From a virus (Duplodnaviria; Caudoviricetes), in the IMG/VR virus record IMGVR_UViG_3300031420_000495, positions 193,407 through 257,406 of that record: 64,000 nt of DNA. One strand, 5' to 3'. A model generated the notes under the pieces. The model saw nothing but the letters and a program-made list of their open reading frames with translations, was not told the origin of the DNA and made no database searches. Below, piece by piece: positions 52,522-62,050 of the stretch; within the stretch, counting starts at the first letter, position 1, and each line of letters starts with the position of its first letter. Made by a program: the position numbers and the translations under genes.

Positions 52522-52741
52522 GCTGTGATGGGAATCACAACGATTCCCAGTTTCCTTGTTTCAACTTTTGCTTCTCTTGCGATCGGCTCAAAGTGTCTTT
52601 GTCCTTCATCCGGCCAGCCGGACGCGACATCAAGACATCGTTGAGATGTTCGTTGCGCGGTTTGAAGTCGCGCATATCGATCGTCTCTTTATCCTTTTTC
52701 TTTCGCTTGGCCATGATGAGTCCTTTGTTAGTAAGTGCAGA

Positions 52742-52972
52742 TTATACTACGGGTTTATCCGTCTGCACAGCCTTTTCCTCGATTGTGAGGTCCCATTCAA
52801 GTGTTGGGATGTTTAGATCGGCAGCCAGAATCTTACAGCCTGGATGCTGCTTTCGTGCTTGCGCTAGCATCCAGACTTTTTCATCCACTACCACCCCAAG
52901 CTCGGAGCCATTGATGAAATGTTCAGCAATGACTTCCTCTTGCTCAGGTGAAACTGGGATTGTGATTATCAT
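52742..52972 (-). CDS. Hypothetical protein
   Basis: Coupled ORF. Confidence 0.65.
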   Translation of the reverse strand: MIITIPVSPEQEEVIAEHFINGSELGVVVDEKVWMLAQARKQHPGCKILAADLNIPTLEWDLTIEEKAVQTDKPVV

Positions 52973-53919
52973 TTTCCTTCGTCGTCGTTTGTTTCCAGAT
53001 CATACTTATTTACAGTGATCGGCTCAACAACTTGGAAAGACGATGGTGTTGCTTTGTAGAACTCCCAGGTATCCAGGTTGATGCAGGTCAAACCGGCCCA
53101 GTCGATCGGCCGCGCATCGCACGAACCGTATGCGCACGTGTCGATGTTGGTGAGACCGAGGATCGTCATCGGATGACGCATGATCGTGTGGCCCGAGATA
53201 ATCATCGAACGATCTTCGTTCATTGGCTCATGCAGGCCTTCGCGCTTGACGTCGTTCAACAGCTTTTCTTTCGTCATCGCACGACCGTAGAAGCCGTACC
53301 ATACCGAGCGAGCCCAGAGGAAAGCATCACCATCACCGCCTTGGCTCTTTGCCAACTTCATCACGGTGTCTGGATCGGCCAGCATTTCGTCAGTGACGGT
53401 GTACGATTGTGCTGGCGGAAGTTCAGCGTGCAGGATATGGAACTTTCGGCCGTTGCGGTTCTCGACAGTGATGAGGAACGGAAGTTCGTCAACCAGGTCG
53501 ACCAGATCGAAGATGTTCTGATGTTCGTCGGAGATTACGAGCGAAGCGTCGAGAAGAGGATCAGTGCGCTTCATGGCCTTGTACGTTTGCAAAGCTTTGT
53601 AGCCCCAGTCGCCACCATTCTGAATCCAGTACGCGCCCATGCGTCCGCCTTTGAAGGCTTCCAGCATCATTTGCTCGTGGTTCGACAACGTGCAGAAGAA
53701 CCATGGTTCACGGATCAGCTCGAGACATTCGAGCGAGTTCGGGCCACGGTCAACAAGATCGCCAACCGAGAACATGCGGTCCTTGGTCGGATCGAAATGG
53801 ATTTCGCGCAACAGGTTACGGAACGCAGGCATTGCTCCATGCAGGTCTCCGATAACGAAATCACGCCCAAACATGTTGGGCGTGAAGGTTTTCAATGGGT
53901 TCTTCATATTTCCTTTCAA
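52969..53919 (-). CDS. Ser/Thr phosphatase-type metallophosphoesterase (lambda NinI/PrpA-like)
   Basis: GDLHG, GDLVDRGP, LSNHE, SGHT, IDT. Confidence 0.92.
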   Translation of the reverse strand: MKGNMKNPLKTFTPNMFGRDFVIGDLHGAMPAFRNLLREIHFDPTKDRMFSVGDLVDRGPNSLECLELIREPWFFCTLSNHEQMMLEAFKGGRMGAYWIQNGGDWGYKALQTYKAMKRTDPLLDASLVISDEHQNIFDLVDLVDELPFLITVENRNGRKFHILHAELPPAQSYTVTDEMLADPDTVMKLAKSQGGDGDAFLWARSVWYGFYGRAMTKEKLLNDVKREGLHEPMNEDRSMIISGHTIMRHPMTILGLTNIDTCAYGSCDARPIDWAGLTCINLDTWEFYKATPSSFQVVEPITVNKYDLETNDDEGK

Positions 53920-53947
53920 GTGGGAGCCCGAAGGCTCCCGTACAGGT

Positions 53948-54625
53948 TTAGAACTTGAACACGTTGGCGAAGCTCATGCGGACGAAACGGCCCGAGATTT
54001 TCGCGAACACGTCCGCGGCGATACGTGCGATTTCCATGACCAGATCGCCGATGATGAGGCTCACTGCATAGAACGGCCAGAACAGAATCCAGACGCTGAT
54101 GTGTTCAGCCAGTTGCGTGCGATCGACTTTCGGGACGATCAGGTCATCAGTGCCTTTTGCATCTGCGTTGAACGCCACGCCGATGATGCGCTGATTCGAT
54201 TTGCTATACATGCTGGACACGAAACTGTTTGCAATGTCTGCCGGCGATTCTACGTCTTTACCAGCTTTGCCGGTCTTGTTCGAACGATACAGTGCCCAAC
54301 GTTCACGCCAGTAGCGAACCGAGCGACGGACATCCAGGGCGAACTCGAGGATCGAGTAAGCGAAGCCGATGACGAGGTAAATGCCGATCACGCGCCACAG
54401 ATGCGACGACCACAGTGCGTCCCACGAGAAGCGGTAGCCATGACTCCACCCGATGCCGGCATACAACGCGACCCCGAGGAAGAAGATCCACCACTTCGCA
54501 GCTTCGGATTGACGACGGTCGTACGTACAACCGATAATCATTGCGATGATGAAGATGCCGGTGATGATTGCCAGCCACACACTGCCGAAGAAAGATAAAA
54601 TGTCCAAAATGTTACTCCTTAACAA
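53948..54625 (-). CDS. Multi-TM membrane protein
   Basis: Four hydrophobic segments. Confidence 0.8.
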   Translation of the reverse strand: MLRSNILDILSFFGSVWLAIITGIFIIAMIIGCTYDRRQSEAAKWWIFFLGVALYAGIGWSHGYRFSWDALWSSHLWRVIGIYLVIGFAYSILEFALDVRRSVRYWRERWALYRSNKTGKAGKDVESPADIANSFVSSMYSKSNQRIIGVAFNADAKGTDDLIVPKVDRTQLAEHISVWILFWPFYAVSLIIGDLVMEIARIAADVFAKISGRFVRMSFANVFKF

Positions 54626-54682
54626 AATTTAAGATGAACATGATTCTACCATGTGGATTGTCCTTTCTTCGACGCGAGTTTT

Positions 54683-54690
54683 TATAAATA
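54683..54690 (+). promoter_or_regulatory. T4-type late promoter TATAAATA
   Basis: Exact consensus upstream of 54721. Confidence 0.75.
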
Positions 54691-54720
54691 GGCTGTACCC
54701 AACCGGAGACCACCCAAACC

Positions 54721-55761
54721 ATGTCACGTTCACTATTCATTCTCAAACGTCGTGAAGATTACTCTCACGACCCGAGCTATTCCGCTTCTCCTCAAATCGC
54801 AACCGGAATGTACAATTCCGCGAAGTTCGTTGTTGACGAACTGCAAGATGCAGGTTTGCAGGCGAAGCTTGAGCTCGTCATCGACAACAACGACATCGAC
54901 CGGGCAGTTAGCAACTACAAACCAACACACGTCTTCATCGAAGGCCTTTGGGTCGTTCCATCCAAGTTCAAAGAACTCATGTCACTTCAGCGTCACAAAA
55001 ACGTGAAGTGGATTATCCGTGTGCACTCTGAAATTCCGTTCATTGCATCTGAAGGCATCGCGATGGAATGGATTGCGGAATACATTCGCATGGGTATCAC
55101 AGTCGCTCCGAATGCACCACGTGCACACGAACAACTGAAGTGGCTCGCAACTACGATGACCGACTCTGGGCAAGCTGAAGAACTGATTACGTATTTGCCA
55201 AACTGCTATCCAGTCGATTTCGAACCAATCAATAACAAACCTGAAGACGAGTATCTTGATGCTGCGTGCTTCGGCGCATTCCGTCCTCTGAAGAATCACC
55301 TGCAGCAGGCGTTCGTTGCCCTGCGCTATGCTGAAGAAATCGGAAAGAAACTTCGCTTCCACGTCAACTCGCGCAAAGACGCTGCTGGCGATCAGCCATC
55401 ACGTAACGTTGCTGCACTGCTCAAAGCTGCAGGTGCAGAACTGATTGTGCACGAGTGGGAAGACCGCGAGACGTTCCTCAACAGTCTTCGCAATGTCGAC
55501 GTGCTGATGCAGGTGTCGATTTCGGAAACATTCAACATCGTCGCAGCTGACGCAGTTCTTGTTGGAACTCCAGTGCTGCCATCGAAAGAAATCTCGTGGG
55601 CATACCCAACATACGGTGATCCGCAGTCTGTGTCTGATTGCTTGAAGAAGTTGAACCTTATCATGAAGAACAAAGAATTCTTCATCAACGGTAATCGTGC
55701 TGGCCTTAGCATTTATGCAAGCGCAGCTCGTCGCCGTTGGGTTTCATACCTGGGAGCATAA
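54721..55761 (+). CDS. GT-B (GT4-like) glycosyltransferase
   Basis: FGAFRPLKN, QVSISETFNIVAADAVLVGTPV. Confidence 0.82.
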   Translation: MSRSLFILKRREDYSHDPSYSASPQIATGMYNSAKFVVDELQDAGLQAKLELVIDNNDIDRAVSNYKPTHVFIEGLWVVPSKFKELMSLQRHKNVKWIIRVHSEIPFIASEGIAMEWIAEYIRMGITVAPNAPRAHEQLKWLATTMTDSGQAEELITYLPNCYPVDFEPINNKPEDEYLDAACFGAFRPLKNHLQQAFVALRYAEEIGKKLRFHVNSRKDAAGDQPSRNVAALLKAAGAELIVHEWEDRETFLNSLRNVDVLMQVSISETFNIVAADAVLVGTPVLPSKEISWAYPTYGDPQSVSDCLKKLNLIMKNKEFFINGNRAGLSIYASAARRRWVSYLGA

Positions 55762-56328
55762 ATGACTATCGCAGACAAGAACGGTGTTGATGTAATCATT
55801 CCGGCAGTAACCGGAACCAATGATCTTTCAGTGAACATCGACTATAATTTTCCGGACAAATACTTTTACGACCTGGATCACCTGTCGCGTGATTGGGACT
55901 TCAAGTTAATGGACGGCAAGCGTCACATCGCAACCGTGAAATTCTCGGCGTATCAGTTCATGGCTGATGGCCTGGACCGTCGCACGATCGCGTTGAAGCA
56001 CCTGGTCGTTCAGCCTCGTGCACGCGGACAGAAGAAGAGCTACGACATCATTCAGTTCGTCATCAACACAGTTACGACTGAGTGCGATCGCGACTGGGGT
56101 CCAGTGTACGGTAAGCCAGTGTTGTTCATCGAGAAACAACATCTCGAAGTGCCAGAGAAAGAACGTGGTGGGCTGTTCGATATTTTGAAGCGTATCGCTG
56201 AGAAAGTTATCGGCGGAGGTTCGCACAATCGTCCATCAGATAGCGGTGAACTTGCCGTGTCTGTAATTGGCGAGCAAATCTCGATGCAGTTGATCGAAGG
56301 TCACCTGAAGCGTTCAAATAGCCAATGA
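55762..56328 (+). CDS. Hypothetical protein
   Basis: Coupled between GT and tail protein. Confidence 0.75.
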   Translation: MTIADKNGVDVIIPAVTGTNDLSVNIDYNFPDKYFYDLDHLSRDWDFKLMDGKRHIATVKFSAYQFMADGLDRRTIALKHLVVQPRARGQKKSYDIIQFVINTVTTECDRDWGPVYGKPVLFIEKQHLEVPEKERGGLFDILKRIAEKVIGGGSHNRPSDSGELAVSVIGEQISMQLIEGHLKRSNSQ

Positions 56329-57377
56329 CACTGCCAACTGGTCAAATCTCAATGTCGCAAGTCTCTGCTGAACTCCAGTTCGGGTTGAATCTCAACCTGA
56401 ACAACGGTTCAGTTCGCGGCCTTGCAAGTAGACCAGACAACTACAGTACAATTTCTATGAGTCAGCTCCGCGGCAAGTCCAACAAACCGCCGAGCACTTT
56501 CGATCCTGCAGGTGTTTCTTCTATACCAGCATCTCTTAGCGCTGGCAGTGCTGGTTCATCAGCACGTGTTTCATTGACACTGAGTTCAAACGGAACATGG
56601 TCAACGTATTCAAGTAGTGGTGGCAGTAAATCTGGTCGTTGGATTCCGGGAGCAAACGGCAGCGACTACGAGGTTGCTTGGACGATTACGCCCGGCACCA
56701 ATTATGCTGGCGGCATTAACGCGACTGGCGGTTACAGCAGCTACGAACCTTATTTTTCGTTGAGCAGCAACTGGATTTTGTCCGCGCTTGATGCTGACTC
56801 GGAAACGTATGCGGAAGATCAAGCAACAGTGACGATTCGCAACAAGTGGAACACTGCTGATAGCACGTCGTTTACGATCTACATGTACGCTGACGGACGA
56901 TGCTTTGCGGTCGGAACAATGCTGCGTACTCCGTTCGGTGGCCGAACAGTTGAGTCGTTTGTTGAGGGTGATATTGTCACCAGCTTCTACGAACCAACAA
57001 TGATTGATGAAAGCACTGACGGCTGGAGAGATTGGACGATCAACAACTTGGTGAATGTCGAGACGGAAACCGCGATGTCACGTGTTCGTCACTTGCGTCG
57101 ATTCACTGAGAATCAATCCATCAAGATCAACGGGATTCACAGCACGTTGTCTCACGTCTACTTCGTTTATTCCGACAAGATTTACATGTGGAAAGAAGCG
57201 AAGGACATTCTGACGACTGACTTGTTTATTGATTCGGAAAAGAATTTGGTTCCAATCACGAGCATTGAACACGTGACGGAACCAACTGAGTTTGTGGCTG
57301 TGAACGTTGAAGACGTTGACACGCTGCAAGTCAAGATGGGCGATCGCTACATCTTAACTCACAACATCAGCGCTTAA
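56325..57377 (+). CDS. Tail fibre-like protein with C-terminal Hint domain
   Basis: MTLPTGQISMSQVSAEL N-terminus; C|FAVGTMLRTP..ILTHN. Confidence 0.78.
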   Translation: MTLPTGQISMSQVSAELQFGLNLNLNNGSVRGLASRPDNYSTISMSQLRGKSNKPPSTFDPAGVSSIPASLSAGSAGSSARVSLTLSSNGTWSTYSSSGGSKSGRWIPGANGSDYEVAWTITPGTNYAGGINATGGYSSYEPYFSLSSNWILSALDADSETYAEDQATVTIRNKWNTADSTSFTIYMYADGRCFAVGTMLRTPFGGRTVESFVEGDIVTSFYEPTMIDESTDGWRDWTINNLVNVETETAMSRVRHLRRFTENQSIKINGIHSTLSHVYFVYSDKIYMWKEAKDILTTDLFIDSEKNLVPITSIEHVTEPTEFVAVNVEDVDTLQVKMGDRYILTHNISA

Positions 57378-57604
57378 CTGAAACAGAACACCGCGATCCA
57401 GGCAAACACTGCGATCCACAGCACCTTCCAGCGATAGCCAGGAACTTGTCCCTTCAGCTGCATGCGGAGTAGTTCCAGCTTGCCGGACATGCTGTTGTGA
57501 TACCAGTACATTCCCAGCGCGCCGGCGATGGATGCAAGCGTCGTGCCGATGGCCAACACCCACACAGCGATGTACAGAAACTTGTTGATGTTGAATTCCA
57601 TCAT
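57374..57604 (-). CDS. Small membrane protein
   Basis: Start trimmed to MMEFNI. Confidence 0.7.
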   Translation of the reverse strand: MMEFNINKFLYIAVWVLAIGTTLASIAGALGMYWYHNSMSGKLELLRMQLKGQVPGYRWKVLWIAVFAWIAVFCFS

Positions 57605-57795
57605 TATTCCTTCGGTTCGAATTCTTTGTCGGTTTCGTACACGAGCTTGGCGCACGTGTGGCAGAACCAGTATGCTTCGGTAACTTTCTTCTGCGGCTTG
57701 CGCGGGAAGACGTTACCCTGTTCGCCTTCGATTGGCGTATAGGTTACGGTAGAGTAATGACCCTTGTCGTAACCGCAGTGCGGGCATTTCTTCAT
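57604..57795 (-). CDS. Small Zn-ribbon protein
   Basis: CPHCG..CHTC. Confidence 0.7.
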   Translation of the reverse strand: MKKCPHCGYDKGHYSTVTYTPIEGEQGNVFPRKPQKKVTEAYWFCHTCAKLVYETDKEFEPKE

Positions 57796-58106
57796 TGGTC
57801 ATCAGCCTCCACAAGGCGTACAGCAGTTTTCTGGTGTTTCTCCGGAATGTACGAACGGCCCATGAACTTCGGCGCGATGTAGAATCCGGACTCGCCTTGG
57901 ACGTAGTACGCGACCGTCCGCTTTTCCGGCCTGCGATTCCATTTCGCAGCAGCACCGTCATGGCCGGTGTCAAATGCACCGCTCGTGCCGCAGCCACCGC
58001 GATTCGCGTTGCAGACGACTTGGAATTCGCCTGGATAGTTCGACGGATGGAAATACAGTGCGTCGTCGCGATCGCACATTGGACATCGTTTCAGTTCAGG
58101 TTGCAT
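57792..58106 (-). CDS. Lar (restriction alleviation)-like Zn-finger protein
   Basis: LKRCPMCD..VVC..GCG..AAAKWNRR. Confidence 0.7.
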   Translation of the reverse strand: MQPELKRCPMCDRDDALYFHPSNYPGEFQVVCNANRGGCGTSGAFDTGHDGAAAKWNRRPEKRTVAYYVQGESGFYIAPKFMGRSYIPEKHQKTAVRLVEADDQ

Positions 58107-58422
58107 TTTGGTCTCGGTGTTTTAGGATTACTTCGTCGCTTACTTTATAACACAAAATCGCGAGCTGATCGTAATATTCCATCGTCATATCGATGATCTG
58201 TTCGATTTGCTCACGCGTGGCGATGATGCGAACCGGGATCATGCGCTCGACGAACAGTTCGCCATGCGGCGAAATCCATTGGCCTTTGGCCGGCGTCATG
58301 ATCGTCAGTCCGCCGGAAATCGAACGGACTTTCTCGTCCCACACCCTGTGGTATCGCGTCTTGTAGAACTTACCGGGTTCCAACCGCTTCTCGGTCGGAA
58401 CCAAAATTTCCCACATGTTCAT
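58096..58422 (-). CDS. Hypothetical protein
   Basis: Start trimmed to MNMWEIL. Confidence 0.75.
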   Translation of the reverse strand: MNMWEILVPTEKRLEPGKFYKTRYHRVWDEKVRSISGGLTIMTPAKGQWISPHGELFVERMIPVRIIATREQIEQIIDMTMEYYDQLAILCYKVSDEVILKHRDQNAT

Positions 58423-58430
58423 GCGTTTCC

Positions 58431-58862
58431 TTATGTGGTGCGCAGCACCAGTTTCTTTTCTTTGCGTTTCTTCGGACGTGGGTTTTCGCATGCAGCGAAG
58501 TAATAGTACATCGTCGCGAGTGCTGTTGCAACAATATCCAGCCCGTGAATTCCGCTCGGCTTCAGTATCATCAGTACGATACTATACAACGTAATGCCGA
58601 CCAAGAACACCCTGAACCACACGCCAGTTCCAAGTGTTTTGAGCATCGCTTCGTTTCGCGCGGCGACAACCAGTAGCGCGCCGACGAGGATGGTGAGAAC
58701 CAACATAGCCGAACTCCAGCCATCTGGTTCCCAGCGAAGTACGCGTGACACGATGTTGACGACAGTATTGGGAATGATGACTTGTTCAGCCCACCATCCG
58801 GGTTTCTTTTCAGAAGTGTCGACGATCCATTGGTGAGCCGCAAGCAGCTTACTATCAAGCAC
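58431..58862 (-). CDS. Membrane protein
   Basis: Three to four hydrophobic segments. Confidence 0.75.
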   Translation of the reverse strand: MLDSKLLAAHQWIVDTSEKKPGWWAEQVIIPNTVVNIVSRVLRWEPDGWSSAMLVLTILVGALLVVAARNEAMLKTLGTGVWFRVFLVGITLYSIVLMILKPSGIHGLDIVATALATMYYYFAACENPRPKKRKEKKLVLRTT

Positions 58863-58878
58863 AGTGTTCTCTCAGTTT

Positions 58879-58953
58879 GTGGTACCACCGGCAGGAATCG
58901 AACCTGCGTCCCAGGAGTAGGAATCCCGTGTATTATCCACTATACGACGGTGG
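58879..58953 (-). tRNA. tRNA-Arg(CCT), canonical
   Basis: Loop TT-CCT-AC; CCA. Confidence 0.92.
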
Positions 58954-58959
58954 TGTTGA

Positions 58960-59205
58960 TCAGTGCGACGTAGCCGCTTGTTGGTGACGTTTTGCAGTGA
59001 AGCCGAGGTTCACGACCAGTCGGCGTTGAGCGTGTTCATCGCCAGCCAGAAGATCGTACAGCTCGGTAAATGCAAGCACGCAGTCTTCCATGCTCGACTC
59101 GGAGTCGTTCATGGTGTGACGAAGTTCCATGATACGATCATGGTTCTTGTCGAGGTGCTCCATGTACTTCGCGGTCTTTTCCGGTGTTGAGTACGCGTTT
59201 GCCAT
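58960..59205 (-). CDS. Hypothetical protein
   Basis: Start trimmed to MANAYS behind AAGGAGG. Confidence 0.7.
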   Translation of the reverse strand: MANAYSTPEKTAKYMEHLDKNHDRIMELRHTMNDSESSMEDCVLAFTELYDLLAGDEHAQRRLVVNLGFTAKRHQQAATSH

Positions 59206-59452
59206 CTTTACCCTCCTTGGGTTTTCGTCCATCGGGATTCTTGGGTTTCTTCTTTTTCTCGAAGAAGTCCAAGAGCAAGTCATCCGTCATCGAGTCCATG
59301 TGCTGCTTGAGGCCAACACTATCGACAGTCTGATTCGCTTGATAGAAGACTTTGATTTGCTTCGTCTCAAGGCGAACGAGGACCACATTGACTCCCGGGA
59401 AGGGAGTCGCAGCGAGGATCGAGTAACAGTATTTAGTAGGATCGTAGTTCAT
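59138..59452 (-). CDS. Hypothetical protein
   Basis: ORF after early promoter; overlaps the next gene by about 68 nt. Confidence 0.55.
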   Translation of the reverse strand: MNYDPTKYCYSILAATPFPGVNVVLVRLETKQIKVFYQANQTVDSVGLKQHMDSMTDDLLLDFFEKKKKPKNPDGRKPKEGKDGKRVLNTGKDREVHGAPRQEP

Positions 59453-59484
59453 GACCCCATTATAACACAGCTACTCGAAATGTG

Positions 59485-59622
59485 TTACTTCTTTTCGTCT
59501 TTTTTCGGTTCTTCTTTTTCTGCTTTCTTGCCAAAGATCGCATCGTAGTTATCGCGATATTGATTTGTAGCAGGTTTCGTTTTCAGCAGAGCACCGGTAA
59601 TTGGATTGCGGGCAATCGTCAT
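59485..59622 (-). CDS. Small basic protein (45 aa)
   Basis: Translated by hand: MTIARNPITGALLKTKPATNQYRDNYDAIFGKK... Confidence 0.6.
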   Translation of the reverse strand: MTIARNPITGALLKTKPATNQYRDNYDAIFGKKAEKEEPKKDEKK

Positions 59623-59852
59623 GGTAAGTCCCTCATTGCAGCAACGGCTGCATTCATGTTGTCGGCGATTTGTTCTTCTGTGAGCGGTTTGCCAGCAGCA
59701 TCGTGGGTTGAGCGAGCCATGGCAACGCGGTCTGAGATAGCCAGCATCTCGAGAACCTTGCGTTCATTCCCAGCGATGTAGCGAAGGAAATGCAGGTGGC
59801 TGAAGAAGTTCTCGTAGATTTCCAGGCGTTCCTTTGCGGAAATCTTTTTCAT
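59619..59852 (-). CDS. Hypothetical protein
   Basis: Coupled ORF. Confidence 0.7.
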   Translation of the reverse strand: MKKISAKERLEIYENFFSHLHFLRYIAGNERKVLEMLAISDRVAMARSTHDAAGKPLTEEQIADNMNAAVAAMRDLP

Positions 59853-60100
59853 GACATGCTCGACTTCGCAACCGAAGTGTGACGGAGTGAGCCAGCATTT
59901 GCTGGTGCAACTGGAGCTTGATTCGCTTCACGGAGGCATGCGCCGGCAGTCGTGAATTTCTCGTACAGGCCGGTGACAGTGTTGAAGTAGATGACACTCG
60001 CATTGGTGGCAGTGCTACCAGTGACTGTGAGCAATGGACCGCCGCTGCGAAGTTGAACGACGGTACCTGGTGCGAATACTTGGAGTACTTGATCTGACAT
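59849..60100 (-). CDS. YodC/DUF2158-like protein
   Basis: GTVVQLRSGGPLLTV. Confidence 0.75.
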   Translation of the reverse strand: MSDQVLQVFAPGTVVQLRSGGPLLTVTGSTATNASVIYFNTVTGLYEKFTTAGACLREANQAPVAPANAGSLRHTSVAKSSMS

Positions 60101-60153
60101 GATATGGTCCTTTAAGTGGTGAAATACCAGCACTTATTTATAGACAGAAAATG

Positions 60154-60786
60154 TCAAATTTTTACGATGCCTTGCGGTTGAGTTGTCCTGGCGGTGTTCG
60201 CAATCGATTCAAGGAACGTGAGGGACGTCTCGATGTCAAGCAGACGATGCTTCTTCAGCAGCTTGTCATCGAGTTCCCACCACCGCAGAGCAAGCAGTCG
60301 TGCAATGATTTCTGGAGGGAAACGGTACTTGAGATGTTTCGCCGGGAGTCCAACGACGATTGAATAATCATCAACATCTTTTGTCACGATCGCACCAGCA
60401 CCGATGACTGCACCGTTGCCAATCGTCACTCCGTTCATGATGATGACTTTGTCGCCGATCCAGACGTCATTCTTGATGCGCACCAGGGTTCCATCCGGAG
60501 CGTACTTTACCGACGGCTTCGCATCGCTGTCAAACCAGGACGAAGTCGAAAGCAGCGTCATGTCGTGATGGCCCGTGCCGATCGTGACGTTGTTGCCAAT
60601 AGAACAATAGCGTCCGATGTAAACGCCGCCCTGAATGCGACCTGAGTTGATGTATGAGTGCTTACCCATTTGAACACCAGCACAGATTTCTGCGTGACCA
60701 ACACCGACTGGTGGTTCGAAAAAGAAAGGAGAATTCGGAGCTTGATAGCCCCGAATTCCTGGATGCTTAAGAGTTTGGCGGTTCAT
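60154..60786 (-). CDS. CatB/Vat-related hexapeptide-repeat O-acetyltransferase
   Basis: IGRYCSIG, IKNDVWIG, GVTIGNGAVIGAGAIVTKDV, KYRF..LRWWE. Confidence 0.92.
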   Translation of the reverse strand: MNRQTLKHPGIRGYQAPNSPFFFEPPVGVGHAEICAGVQMGKHSYINSGRIQGGVYIGRYCSIGNNVTIGTGHHDMTLLSTSSWFDSDAKPSVKYAPDGTLVRIKNDVWIGDKVIIMNGVTIGNGAVIGAGAIVTKDVDDYSIVVGLPAKHLKYRFPPEIIARLLALRWWELDDKLLKKHRLLDIETSLTFLESIANTARTTQPQGIVKI

Positions 60787-62038
60787 AGATGTGAAGGATG
60801 CGATTACGACCTGCAGCAGGTTCGCTGAGTTCGATTGGTATGAGGAAACCTTCTTCCATCCTACCAGAAGTCGGAGATGGGGCTTGAGCCTTTTCTCCGT
60901 TCACACCTTTCACTGCGCCGACTTGATGACAAAAGAAAATGCCAATGCGGCATGCATACAGTGGTTGACCCACTTCAAGAATCTGCTCTGAACGTTTCCG
61001 AACGAACATGTACGACACCGGCAACTTCGCACCGATCTTCAGTGTCGACGGATCAGCCTTTTCCAGATTCAGCTGCGCCGTGTACATGTCAATCAGTTCG
61101 TACTCACGAACAACCGTCTTGACCAGTGCGACCATCTTCACCTGCGTGATTTCGATGTCAGCCATGATCGAGTGCGCGAGCCCAAGTTTCTCGCTGTCTT
61201 CGCCATTGATTTCTGTTGCCGTGCGGAACTTGGCGTCTTCAACCGAATGCTCTTGATCCGGATCAGGTTGAATCGGTTCAATATAGTTCGGGTCTTCGTA
61301 CTGTGGTGGAGCCGGCTCAGGCTGCGGTCTTGGTTGAACCACGCCAGGCTGATCGATCATCCGCTGAATGTCTCTGTCGCGTTTCTTCCATTCATCTTCT
61401 TGCCGTTTGAACTCTTGCTCTTGCCGTTTCCATTCTCGCTCTTGACGAAGTTGGGCTTGCTTCGCTTCATCGACAGAGCGTTGCATTTCTTTCTCGTTTT
61501 CATCGGATCGCCACTTGGAAAGCTTTTCCAAGTACTCAGCTTTCGACTTTGGTTCTTGACCCAATGCAAGACGCAGATCACTCATGACGTTTCGTACTGG
61601 AGAATCCGGAGGCAGGTTGACTTCGTACGTGCCGATCGCCTGAATGGCTTCAGGTGTCTGCGTCAAGTCTTTGAGATAGAGATTGGCCGTTGGGCCGATG
61701 CGTTCAATGAGACCAAGATCGAGATTGGAGTTTTTCTCCAGATCAACAGTCGCATTGAAGAGTTTGTTGTAGAGATACTTCTGCTGTTCTTGCAGAGCCT
61801 TGATGTCGCGGATATGCTTGTCAATCGAGCTTGGCAACTTATCCAGGCTCTGCTGCATGTTCGCTTGACCTTCTGTGATTGCGAGCACACCTGCAGCATC
61901 ACGTGTGGTGTGATACGGCAGGCCCCAATATCTACTGTTGTCGAAGTATGAGACGTGATAAACAAAGGCACCTATTGCAACAAACGCTATCACGAACAAA
62001 AGCGCCAACTGTGTCCTTGTTCGCATCTCATACCCCAC
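60767..62038 (-). CDS. Membrane-anchored coiled-coil protein
   Basis: N-terminal TM; Q/E/K-rich coil; Pro linker. Confidence 0.8.
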   Translation of the reverse strand: MGYEMRTRTQLALLFVIAFVAIGAFVYHVSYFDNSRYWGLPYHTTRDAAGVLAITEGQANMQQSLDKLPSSIDKHIRDIKALQEQQKYLYNKLFNATVDLEKNSNLDLGLIERIGPTANLYLKDLTQTPEAIQAIGTYEVNLPPDSPVRNVMSDLRLALGQEPKSKAEYLEKLSKWRSDENEKEMQRSVDEAKQAQLRQEREWKRQEQEFKRQEDEWKKRDRDIQRMIDQPGVVQPRPQPEPAPPQYEDPNYIEPIQPDPDQEHSVEDAKFRTATEINGEDSEKLGLAHSIMADIEITQVKMVALVKTVVREYELIDMYTAQLNLEKADPSTLKIGAKLPVSYMFVRKRSEQILEVGQPLYACRIGIFFCHQVGAVKGVNGEKAQAPSPTSGRMEEGFLIPIELSEPAAGRNRILHIYEPPNS

Positions 62039-62050
62039 AAAAGTTTACAT

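Noticed and set aside
14776-58953. Stop-codon reassignment or suppressor/Sec tRNAs
   Set aside because: No CTA, TTA or TCA anticodon among the 34 genes, and known proteins are intact in the standard code
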